Shown here piece after piece: positions 18,376-26,832 of a stretch of DNA of 64,000 nt. The notes beneath the pieces are model-generated. The model was not told the DNA's origin and did no database searches. It worked only from the letters and a program-made list of their open reading frames with translations. The stretch covers positions 13,802 through 77,801 of the forward strand of contig JACAFT010000002.1 in the NCBI GenBank assembly GCA_013378375.1. Reading direction: 5' to 3'. This DNA is from Nitrososphaerota archaeon (GTDB lineage Archaea > Thermoproteota > Nitrososphaeria > Nitrososphaerales > UBA57). The position numbers were made by a program, and so were the translations under genes. Position 1 is the first letter of the stretch; every line of letters begins with the position of its first letter.

Positions 18376-19422
18376 ATGATTAGAACTGTATTATTGGGCG
18401 TTGGTAATTCTACTAGTGCATTAGTACAAGGGTTGGAATATTATAAAACTAATAATTCTAAACCAGGATTATGGCACAACCTTGTTGGTAAATATGGAGT
18501 TTCTGATATTGAATTAGTTGGTGCATATGATATAAATAAAAATAAAATTAATAGTGATGTCTCTGAAGCAATTTTTACATCACCAAATCAATTGGAAGAA
18601 TATGTTAAACTAAAAAATTGTGGAATTGTTGTGGAAAAAGGAATATTAGAAGATGATGTTAATACAAACCTTAAATCTTCTATCGATATATCAACAAATT
18701 CTACAGAAGAATTTAAAAAATCATTATTAGAAAAAAAACCTGATGTAATACTAAATTTAATTTCTTCTGGTTTGGATACGACATCTAAAAAATATGCAGA
18801 AATTGCTTTTGAAGTAAATTCAAATTTCTTAAATGCCACACCTACTAATATCGCGAATGATGAAAAAATTATTGATGATTTTAAAAATAAAAATCTTATA
18901 CTTGTAGGAGATGATTTAATGAGTCAATTTGGAGGTACTGCTTTTCATAAAGGCATAATGAATTTAATCAACGAACGCGGTATTCATGTAAATAAAAGTT
19001 ACCAACTTGATGTAGGAGGTGGTCTAGAAACTAATAATACCCTTGATGAAAATCTTAGAGCTATAAAACGCAAAGTTAAATCATCTACAATTGAATCCGA
19101 GTTACCATATGATGTTCAAACTGTTTCAGGAACTACTGATTATGTTGATTTTATGGGTAATTCAAGAACTAATTATTTTTGGATTGAAGGTGATTCATTT
19201 CTTGGTTCAAAAATAACTTTTGATATTTATCTCCGAAGTAAAGATGGTCCTAATGCTGGTGGATTATTATTGGATCTGATACGAGGAATTCAATATTCTA
19301 GAGATCTTAATGAATCAGGTAATATTCAGGAATTATCTAATTTTGGATTTAAATCAACTTTGTTTGATAATAAATTAAGAAATTCCTATAAAGAATTTTT
19401 TAACAAATACATAGTAAATTAA
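18376..19422 (+). CDS. ino1: myo-Inositol-1-phosphate (inositol-3-phosphate) synthase
   Basis: 348 aa. N-terminal Rossmann motif LLGVGNSTSALVQGLEYY closely parallels the prokaryotic Ino1 motif VGVGNCASSLVQGVEYY. Also GDDLMSQFGGT. Confidence 0.85.
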   Translation: MIRTVLLGVGNSTSALVQGLEYYKTNNSKPGLWHNLVGKYGVSDIELVGAYDINKNKINSDVSEAIFTSPNQLEEYVKLKNCGIVVEKGILEDDVNTNLKSSIDISTNSTEEFKKSLLEKKPDVILNLISSGLDTTSKKYAEIAFEVNSNFLNATPTNIANDEKIIDDFKNKNLILVGDDLMSQFGGTAFHKGIMNLINERGIHVNKSYQLDVGGGLETNNTLDENLRAIKRKVKSSTIESELPYDVQTVSGTTDYVDFMGNSRTNYFWIEGDSFLGSKITFDIYLRSKDGPNAGGLLLDLIRGIQYSRDLNESGNIQELSNFGFKSTLFDNKLRNSYKEFFNKYIVN

Positions 19423-19440
19423 TTTAATTAAATGTTTGAG

Positions 19441-19543
19441 CGCCGCCGACAGGATTTTCATTATAATCTTGAACCTGTGGCCAGCTGATTAACAGTCAGC
19501 TGCTCTACCACACTGAGCTCTCACCATTTTTTGTTACGGCGGC
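19441..19543 (-). tRNA. tRNA-Asn (anticodon GUU) with two non-canonical introns: about 16 nt after position 9 (19519-19534) and about 13 nt inside the T-loop (about 19456-19468)
   Basis: Reverse complement: GCCGCCG TA [ACAAAAAATGGTGAGA] GCTC AGTGTGGTA GAGC A GCTGA CTGTTAA TCAGC TGGCC ACAGG TTCAA[GATTATAATGAAA]AT CCTGT CGGCGGC G. Confidence 0.8.
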
Positions 19544-19827
19544 TAACGGCACTCAAATTACGAAAGATTCAATTATTTATATCAATTTCTTTATGTTTTC
19601 TGTTTATTTTCATTATGCTGCTTTAACCTTCTTGTCATTTTTGTCAAAGCTTTATTACATGACTTTGTAAATTCATTTTTTCATTACTAATTGTTATGTC
19701 TTGGAAATTGGTTCACAAAAAAATGAGAAGAAAGGCTAAATCAAAATCTCTTGAGTGGAAAAAATAAGTTCCTTTCATTTATTCTCTATTTCTCAATTTT
19801 TCATGTTTATATATTCTTAATTAATAA

Positions 19828-19927
19828 TGGGCCCGGTGGGCTTCGATCCCACGGCAAACCGATATCTCCAGTGATATGAGTCGGTCACTTTTAGCGAAAT
19901 TATTCTACCAAGCTGAGTTACGGGCCC
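19828..19927 (-). tRNA. tRNA with CAU anticodon (elongator Met or Ile2) carrying two introns: 15 nt inside the 3' D-stem (19889-19903) and 11 nt at 37/38 (19864-19874)
   Basis: Reverse complement: GGGCCCG TA ACTC AGCTTGGTA GA[ATAATTTCGCTAAAA]GT G ACCGA CTCATA[TCACTGGAGAT]A TCGGT TTGCC GTGGG ATCGAAG CCCAC CGGGCCC A. Confidence 0.8.
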
Positions 19928-20041
19928 TATGAATTTCATCACTAGTCTCATTTTTAGGTTTATTCTTTAAACTTATTTTTATATGTATTAATTTCCATAG
20001 CATTTAACTCAAAGTACTTACTAATTTAACATGGTAAAAAA

Positions 20042-21073
20042 TTGCTTCAAGGATGTTATACTGCTCTAATAACTCCATTTACTAATGATTGTCAGGTGGA
20101 TTATGAAGGCCTTTCAAGTATTATAGATTTTCAAATCTCTGAAGGCGTTTCTGGTATTTTGGTTGCTGGAACTACTGGGGAAAGTCCTACATTATCTTGG
20201 TCTGAACATGAAAAAGTGATTAAAACAGTATATGATGTAGCCGGTGATCGCACTGTAGTTATTGCTGGTACTGGAAGTAATAATACTGAAGAAAGTCTTA
20301 AAGTCACAAAATTCGCTCATAATTTGGGCATAGAAAATATATTACTTATTGATCCATATTACAATGGTCCTAGTTCTCTTGAAATACGTAAAGAATATTT
20401 AGAAGTTATTGCAAACGAATTTCCTTCCTTGACAATTATTCCTTATATTATACCTGGTCGTACGGGTACTAAATTACTTCCACAAGATCTTGCTCTTTCA
20501 TATAAAAATTATCCAAATATTAATACTGTGAAAGAAGCTACTGGTGATTTTGAAAATGCAAAATTAACTAGAAAACTATGCGGGGATTCTTTTTCTATTT
20601 TATCTGGTGACGATGATAAAACTGTTTCCTTAATTCAAGATTCTGACATTAAAGCTAATGGTGTTATTTCAGTAGCTTCGAATTTAGTTCCTGCTGCAAT
20701 AACTGATCTTGTTTCTTTTACATTAGCTAATGATGGGAATTTGACTACTCTTCAGGATTCCGTATCTCCATTATTCAAAATCATTGGTGTACAAACTAAT
20801 GAATCAACAGAACTTGGATCAGTTATTACTAAATCTCGTAATCCTGTCCCTACAAAAACTCTTATGAGATTGTTTGGCATGCCTTCAGGTCCGTCTCGAA
20901 AACCACTTGGTCTTGTTACCTATCAAGCATTGCAGTTTATTTTAGAAAAAGCACGGATAGTTTACGAAAATAGTAGTTTATTCAAGCCTATTGAGGACTT
21001 TTTTGATTTAAATATACAGGAAAGATTATACTCTGATAAGTACTTGAAGGGATTGTATTATGAATCGTATTAA
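20042..21073 (+). CDS. dapA: 4-hydroxy-tetrahydrodipicolinate synthase
   Basis: 343 aa, TTG start. ALITPF, VAGTTGES and AGTGSNNT motifs. About 40 aa C-terminal extension. Confidence 0.9.
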   Translation: MLQGCYTALITPFTNDCQVDYEGLSSIIDFQISEGVSGILVAGTTGESPTLSWSEHEKVIKTVYDVAGDRTVVIAGTGSNNTEESLKVTKFAHNLGIENILLIDPYYNGPSSLEIRKEYLEVIANEFPSLTIIPYIIPGRTGTKLLPQDLALSYKNYPNINTVKEATGDFENAKLTRKLCGDSFSILSGDDDKTVSLIQDSDIKANGVISVASNLVPAAITDLVSFTLANDGNLTTLQDSVSPLFKIIGVQTNESTELGSVITKSRNPVPTKTLMRLFGMPSGPSRKPLGLVTYQALQFILEKARIVYENSSLFKPIEDFFDLNIQERLYSDKYLKGLYYESY

Positions 21074-21857
21074 ACTTTGTATTGTTGGAGCTTGTGGAAG
21101 ACTTGGTAGGTCTATAATCCAAGAAAGTGTAGATGATTTTGAAATAGTTGGTGCTGTAGAAGCTCCAAATAGTCAAAATCTTGGTAAATCCTTAACTAAT
21201 CTTGGTCTAATTGATTCTGACGTTCAGATTTCCAGTTCTGACGATTTGTCATCTGCTATATTAAATGCCGATGTTACTATCTCTGCTACTATTCCTGATT
21301 CTGAGCTTGTTAATGCACCTATTTACGTACAGAACAATCAAAAAATTATTATTGGTACCACTGGTTTTTCTGAAACTCAATATTCTAAACTTGTTTCTAT
21401 TCTTGATCAAAAAGTTCCATCTATTATAACTTCAAATTTCTCTATTGGAATGAATTTCCTATATCGTATATCTGAATTAGTTGGACTATTGCCAGAAGAA
21501 TTTGAAATTAGTATTAATGAAAAACATCATTCTCAAAAAATTGATTCGCCCAGTGGAACTGCTCTTTCAATCGCTAAAATTATTTCAGAATCTAAAGGAT
21601 ATGAAGATCTTATTTTTGATCGTAGTAAACATGGCAAGAGAAAGAAATCTGAACTTGACGTAACATCTGAGAGAATAGGTGGTACTCCTGGAATACATGA
21701 AGTTAGTATTGCTGGTCAGTATGAAATACTTAGATTTGAGCATATAGCATTTTCCAGATTGGCATTTACACGTGGCGCGCTGTCTGCTGCTCGTTGGCTT
21801 CACAATATGTCTGAACCACGAATTTATAGCATGCAAGATGTAATATCTCGTCAGTGA
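21060..21857 (+). CDS. dapB: 4-hydroxy-tetrahydrodipicolinate reductase
   Basis: 265 aa. N-terminal Rossmann motif KLCIVGACGRLG; EKHHSQKIDSPSGTA motif. Confidence 0.85.
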   Translation: MNRIKLCIVGACGRLGRSIIQESVDDFEIVGAVEAPNSQNLGKSLTNLGLIDSDVQISSSDDLSSAILNADVTISATIPDSELVNAPIYVQNNQKIIIGTTGFSETQYSKLVSILDQKVPSIITSNFSIGMNFLYRISELVGLLPEEFEISINEKHHSQKIDSPSGTALSIAKIISESKGYEDLIFDRSKHGKRKKSELDVTSERIGGTPGIHEVSIAGQYEILRFEHIAFSRLAFTRGALSAARWLHNMSEPRIYSMQDVISRQ

Positions 21858-21864
21858 CCTCAAT

Positions 21865-23148
21865 ATGTGGAAAATCGAAACTCCTTTAAAGAATTTAAAC
21901 GGTAAACTCTTCTTTGCAAATGTTAGTGCTAGTAAGCTTGCAAGTAAATTTGGCACTCCCGTATTTGTTACTGATTCTGAACGAATTATATATAATTATA
22001 ACAGACTTTATTCAGCTTTCTCTTCACATTATGATAAATTTAAAATTAATTATGCGGTGAAAGCTAATAATAATCTATCAATTCTTAAATTATTCAACTA
22101 TTTAGGCAGTGGCGCTGACTGTTCTTGCCCTGAAGAGATATTTCTTGCTAAAAAAATGGGTTTTTCAAGTAAAGATATTTTATATACTGGAAATTATAAT
22201 TCTAACGATCAACTTTCTTATGCACTAAAACAAAAAATCATTATTAATATTGATAGTTCATCGATTCTTCCAAGACTTCTTAAACTTGGAACTCCAAATT
22301 TTATTTCACTTCGAATCAATCCTGGAATTGGCGGTGGTTCACATAGTGGGTTAGTCTTTGGTGGAAAACATACAAAGTTTGGTATGAGTAGAAAAGATGC
22401 TATTCATGCTTACAATCTCGCAAAAAAATCTGGTGTAAAACAATTCGGTATACACATGATGACTGGTTCATCAATTCTTGATTCTTCATATTTTAAGAAA
22501 GCCACTAACAAATTAATTGATATTGCAGTAGAAATTGTAGAAGAATGTAAGATATCAATTGATTTTATTAATATTGGTGGTGGTTTTGGTATACCATATA
22601 AACCTCCAGAAAAGTCACTTGATATAAAGAAAGTCGGTTCAGATATCGGTAAAATTTTTAATGGAAAGAAATCTTCTAAAATTCTTAACAATCCTTGGTT
22701 GTTTGTTGAACCTGGTCGATATCTAGTGGCAGATTCTACTATTCTATTAACTAATGTTCATTCAATAAAATCTGGTCCTGAGAAATATGTTGGTATTGAT
22801 GCAGGAATGAATACATTACTTCGACCAGCATTGTATGGTGCTTATCATCATATTGTTAATGCTAGTCGACTTAATTCTCGTAACAAAGAAGTTGTAAATA
22901 TCTGTGGACAAATTTGCGAAAATACTGATATTCTTGCTAAAAATAGAAAACTTGGTAATATAAAAGAAGGTGATTTATTGGCAATTCTTAATGTTGGTGC
23001 ATATGGTTTTTCAATGAGTTCACAATATAATACCCGTCCACGAGCTGCAGAAGTAATGATTAGTAAAAAAAACTGTAAAATAATCAGACAAAGAGAAACT
23101 ATAAATGATTTAATAAATGGACAAAAAGTTGTTGCGTGGTTTAAATGA
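21865..23148 (+). CDS. lysA: Diaminopimelate decarboxylase
   Basis: 427 aa. PLP lysine context INYAVKAN. Also GGGFGIPY and EPGRYLVA motifs. Confidence 0.9.
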   Translation: MWKIETPLKNLNGKLFFANVSASKLASKFGTPVFVTDSERIIYNYNRLYSAFSSHYDKFKINYAVKANNNLSILKLFNYLGSGADCSCPEEIFLAKKMGFSSKDILYTGNYNSNDQLSYALKQKIIINIDSSSILPRLLKLGTPNFISLRINPGIGGGSHSGLVFGGKHTKFGMSRKDAIHAYNLAKKSGVKQFGIHMMTGSSILDSSYFKKATNKLIDIAVEIVEECKISIDFINIGGGFGIPYKPPEKSLDIKKVGSDIGKIFNGKKSSKILNNPWLFVEPGRYLVADSTILLTNVHSIKSGPEKYVGIDAGMNTLLRPALYGAYHHIVNASRLNSRNKEVVNICGQICENTDILAKNRKLGNIKEGDLLAILNVGAYGFSMSSQYNTRPRAAEVMISKKNCKIIRQRETINDLINGQKVVAWFK

Positions 23149-24305
23149 AAATTTCTTCTCGATTAAATGCTCTTCCTCCTTATCCTTTTGCAAAGCTTGA
23201 AAATCTAATCTCTCAAAAACGCCAAGAAGGAATTGATCTGATAAGTTTTGGTATTGGAGATCCTGATTTAACTACTCCTGATTTTGTAAATCAAGCTTTA
23301 ATTGACGGTCTTTCTATTCCTGGTAATCATAATTATTCATCCAGTGCAGGTGAAAAGTCATTCCGAGATAGTATATCTGTGTGGTTTGAAAAACGATTCA
23401 ATGTATCTCTTAATCCTGATAAAGAAATATGTGCATTGATTGGCTCTAAAGAAGGACTTGCTCATATTTTTCGTGCATTTTTAAATTCTGACGAAACAAT
23501 TGCTGTGCCTAATCCCGGTTATCCACTTTATGAACATGGAGGTACTATGTTAAACGGCTTTAAACCATTAATTCTTGATTTATCTGAAGAATATAATTAC
23601 ATTCCACAAACTAATCAATTACAAGAATCTAATTTTTCTGGTATTTATTTAAACTATCCTAACAATCCTACTGGAGCTGTCATTCAACAGTCCGAACTTA
23701 ATAATATAGTTAATATTTGCAATGAAAAAGATTCTATAATAGTTTATGATAATGCATATTCGGAAATCACTTATGGAGATTATAAAGCTCCTTCTATCAT
23801 GCAATGTACAAATGCCAATCAAAATAGTATAGAATTTCATTCTCTCTCCAAGACTTTCAACATGACTGGTTATAGAATTGGTTTTGCTGTGGGTAATGAG
23901 TTTCTCATTGACGGTCTTAAAAAAATAAAAAATCAAATTGATTCTGGTTCACCAAAATTCATACAATATGCAGCTACAACTGCACTTGATAGTTATTCTA
24001 ATGGAGTTCCTCCTAAAGAAATTCTTGATAATATAAAAATCTATGAAACCCGAATGTCTCTTCTTTATAATGGCTTGTCAAAGCTTGGATATGATGTAAA
24101 AATGCCTTCTGGTACATTTTATTTATGGATGAAAATTAATGAAGATTGTGAAAGTTTTGCAATGAAATTATTGGATAAAGGAATAGTTGTTACTCCTGGT
24201 TCAGGATTTGGAAACGCTGGATCTAATTATGTCCGATTCTCGCTCACAGTTTCAGAATCTGATATTTCTCGCGCATTGGAAAAATTTCCTGAGAATTCGA
24301 AATAA
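23145..24305 (+). CDS. Class I/II PLP aminotransferase, probably the LL-diaminopimelate aminotransferase of this operon
   Basis: 386 aa. NYPNNPTG and SLSKTFNMTGYRIG motifs. The assignment to DapL rests on operon context only. Confidence 0.65.
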   Translation: MKISSRLNALPPYPFAKLENLISQKRQEGIDLISFGIGDPDLTTPDFVNQALIDGLSIPGNHNYSSSAGEKSFRDSISVWFEKRFNVSLNPDKEICALIGSKEGLAHIFRAFLNSDETIAVPNPGYPLYEHGGTMLNGFKPLILDLSEEYNYIPQTNQLQESNFSGIYLNYPNNPTGAVIQQSELNNIVNICNEKDSIIVYDNAYSEITYGDYKAPSIMQCTNANQNSIEFHSLSKTFNMTGYRIGFAVGNEFLIDGLKKIKNQIDSGSPKFIQYAATTALDSYSNGVPPKEILDNIKIYETRMSLLYNGLSKLGYDVKMPSGTFYLWMKINEDCESFAMKLLDKGIVVTPGSGFGNAGSNYVRFSLTVSESDISRALEKFPENSK

Positions 24306-24320
24306 ATAATATGCGTCGGT

Positions 24321-24335
24321 TATAACTGGTGTTAT
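24321..24335. promoter_or_regulatory. 15-bp palindromic motif TATAACTGGTGTTAT (ATAAC-N4-GTTAT), copy 1, upstream of ferredoxin and the DUF59 gene
   Basis: Identical 15-mer recurs at 52114-52128 upstream of sufC. Read directly from the sequence. Confidence 0.4.
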
Positions 24336-24435
24336 TATATACAAGTTCGTAAATATGTATAATATTTCTGTTTTATACCGTCTTCAGGCGACATATCTTA
24401 TATATTAACCATAACCCTTTTTTACTTTTGATTGT

Positions 24436-24882
24436 GTGAAATGTACTATGCCTATTGATCAAGAATTCTATAAATCGTTAAAACCTGTGGCACGTTCCGA
24501 ACATGGTTATCTTATCTGGGGGCCTGGTAAGGATGGTGCTGCTGCCGAAAGTGACGAAGTTAAATCTGCTTATGAAGCAGCTGGCGAAAAATTTGAACCA
24601 TTAGGTGTTCATGGTACGTATGTAGCTGTTGATTTTGACGATTGTGTTGCAGATGGTGCATGTCTGCCTGCTTGTCCAGTCAGTGTTTTTGAATGGACTA
24701 AAAATCCTGGTTACAGTGGTACTGAAGAAAAACTTGATTTAACTGATAAAGCTGCTCCAGTTCGTGAATCTGATTGTATTTGGTGTATGGCTTGTGTTAC
24801 TGTATGTCCTACAGAAGCAGTCAAAGTTGACGAATCATTAGTTTCTGTAGCAGAAAATGCCGAAAGTAGTCTTGATGAATAA
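24436..24882 (+). CDS. Sulfolobus-type zinc-containing dicluster (7Fe) ferredoxin
   Basis: 148 aa. The start may be GTG 24436 or ATG 24448. LGVHGTYVAVDFDDCVADGACLPACPVSVFEW and CIWCMACVTVCPTEA parallel the Sulfolobus Zn-ferredoxin. Confidence 0.85.
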   Translation: MKCTMPIDQEFYKSLKPVARSEHGYLIWGPGKDGAAAESDEVKSAYEAAGEKFEPLGVHGTYVAVDFDDCVADGACLPACPVSVFEWTKNPGYSGTEEKLDLTDKAAPVRESDCIWCMACVTVCPTEAVKVDESLVSVAENAESSLDE

Positions 24883-24896
24883 TCAGGTCAGTTTAA

Positions 24897-25208
24897 ATGT
24901 CACAAACCTTTTCTGAAGAAGATATTTTAGAAGCCGTATCTGAGGTAGTAGATCCAGAAATTAATGTACCTATTTTAGAAATGGGTGAACCAAACGGACT
25001 TGTAGACGAGGTTGTTATTGGTACTGATAATTCTATAGAACTAAAATATCATGCTACAACTCCTTATTGCCCTCCAGTTTTTGCTTTACAAATATCTATG
25101 GATATAAAACGAAGTATTGAAAAAATGGAAAATATTGGACCTGTTACAGTAATTGTTTCAGGACATTCTATGTCTAAACAAATTAATGATAAAATAAATG
25201 AAAAATAA
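24897..25208 (+). CDS. DUF59/MIP18-family (SufT-like) Fe-S assembly protein
   Basis: 103 aa. VVDPEINVPILEMG motif and conserved Cys context TTPYCP. Confidence 0.7.
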   Translation: MSQTFSEEDILEAVSEVVDPEINVPILEMGEPNGLVDEVVIGTDNSIELKYHATTPYCPPVFALQISMDIKRSIEKMENIGPVTVIVSGHSMSKQINDKINEK

Positions 25209-25211
25209 ATA

Positions 25212-25511
25212 TTAAGGCATGTATACTTTTTCGTATATTCCTGCATTAAATGACAAACATTCTTGATGTATCCAACCTGCTTTGATTACTTTTCCCTTAC
25301 TAATTCCTTCATTCCAGTAAGTTCTTCTACCACCTTCTACTTGTTGTCTAGTGATTATTTTATCACACATTACACAAATTACTAAATTTTTAATATCTTC
25401 TTTCTCATGCTCATCTATTTGATTTCTTTTTGAAGGAACTTTTATTACCCCGTCTAATTCATCCAACCATCTTCTTGATTCTGGTTCCCAACGTCTGACT
25501 GGTAATTTCAA
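25212..25511 (-). CDS. Hypothetical protein with a possible CxxC...HxxC metal site
   Basis: 99 aa. VICVMCDKI...WIHQECLSF. No family recognised. Confidence 0.4.
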   Translation of the reverse strand: MKLPVRRWEPESRRWLDELDGVIKVPSKRNQIDEHEKEDIKNLVICVMCDKIITRQQVEGGRRTYWNEGISKGKVIKAGWIHQECLSFNAGIYEKVYMP

Positions 25512-25614
25512 TATACTCTAAATATTTATTCGACTATATATTGATTATTCTTATTATCCAAGAAATATTATTTTATTAGTCAATCTTTTTACATAGTGAA
25601 TAATCCTATGAAAT

Positions 25615-26832
25615 ATGGAAGAAAAAAATTCAAAGATTGATTTTCTTATATTTCCATTTTTGTGGCTCTTTAAAACACAACAAGGCAACCGTTTGATGGA
25701 TAGACTTGCACAGTATAGGATTATATCTTTTCTTAGTTATTTTTCTTTAATGTTGATGCCAATCTTTTCTATTATTGCTATTCTGGTATTATTACTTACT
25801 GTATCATTATATTTGTCCTTCTCTGAAGTTCGTGAAATCGCACGTGATGTTGGACCTCAAGGGGCTTTATTAATACCTGGATTAAATCCTTATTTACCTA
25901 TTGTTTATGGTTGGATTGCTATTTTTATTGGAATTGTCATTCATGAACTTTCACATGGAGTTGTTGCTAGGAATATTGGTGTTCCTGTTAAATCTGCAGG
26001 TTTGATGTTTTTTGTATTACTACCAATTGGAGCATTTGTTGAAGTTGACGATGAAAAAATGGATTCTATTTCATTTAAAAAAAGTGGACGTATTATAGCT
26101 GCTGGTTCTGGAAGTAATATTTTGGTTGCATTCTTGTCATTACTTTTGTTAGTTGGCGTAGTTAACACAATGCAACCTGTAGCTCAAGGTATAGCTGTTG
26201 GACAAATATTTGCTGATTCTCCTGCACATGAAGCAGGTATACTTCCCGGGGATATTATAACTCATTTAAACCAAGTTCCTACTCCTGATTCTGCTGTTTT
26301 TAGTTCAAATTTTGATAATTTTGGCCCTGGTGAAGAAATTGTTCTTACAGTTCAACGCCAACATCAGCAATATGACTTTGAATTAATACTATCTACTCAT
26401 CCTGATAATCAAGATCTTCCCTTTATTGGAGTTGTTCGTCCTCCTGTTGATATTAATAATTCTCTTGAAATGTATCAATCTGGATTGGGGTTGTCTACAA
26501 ATTTTCTCTTGTACTTGTCTTTTCCTACAAGTTCGAGTTTTTTAATTCCTTTTTCTGATTCAATGCAAAAATTTTATACATCTAGTCTTGGTGATCAATA
26601 CGTTGTATTATCTAATTTATTTTTCTGGATATGGTTCATTAATTTTAATTTAGGTATCTTTAATGCATTACCTTTGGGACCTTTAGATGGAGGTCAGGCA
26701 TTTAAACGTGGATTAAAATCTTTTACTAAAAATAAACTTTCAGAATATCAAATTAGTCTTATTGCTAGATTTGTTACCTTGTCTATTGTTTCGTTATTAC
26801 TTATGATGTTTTTACTTCCTTATCTTTTATAA
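25615..26832 (+). CDS. Site-2 protease (M50 family) with an inserted PDZ domain
   Basis: 405 aa. HELSHG zinc motif, PDZ-like GILPGDIITHLNQ, C-terminal NALPLGPLDGG motif. Confidence 0.85.
   Translation: MEEKNSKIDFLIFPFLWLFKTQQGNRLMDRLAQYRIISFLSYFSLMLMPIFSIIAILVLLLTVSLYLSFSEVREIARDVGPQGALLIPGLNPYLPIVYGWIAIFIGIVIHELSHGVVARNIGVPVKSAGLMFFVLLPIGAFVEVDDEKMDSISFKKSGRIIAAGSGSNILVAFLSLLLLVGVVNTMQPVAQGIAVGQIFADSPAHEAGILPGDIITHLNQVPTPDSAVFSSNFDNFGPGEEIVLTVQRQHQQYDFELILSTHPDNQDLPFIGVVRPPVDINNSLEMYQSGLGLSTNFLLYLSFPTSSSFLIPFSDSMQKFYTSSLGDQYVVLSNLFFWIWFINFNLGIFNALPLGPLDGGQAFKRGLKSFTKNKLSEYQISLIARFVTLSIVSLLLMMFLLPYLL

Noticed and set aside
19696-19767. 23-codon basic ORF (MSWKLVHKKMRRKAKSKSLEWKK) between the two minus-strand tRNAs; it superficially resembles tiny Lys/Arg-rich ribosomal proteins (L41e-like).
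   Set aside because: No convincing TATA or SD at the right distance, no real sequence match that I can assert, and such short K-rich ORFs arise easily in A-rich DNA. It is only worth a conservation check.
20031-20069. 12-codon ORF (MVKNCFKDVILL) overlapping the dapA start, examined as a possible lysine leader peptide by analogy with the aro uORF.
   Set aside because: It has only two Lys codons, no enrichment and no adjacent hairpin or T-tract, and it overlaps the dapA coding start in another frame.
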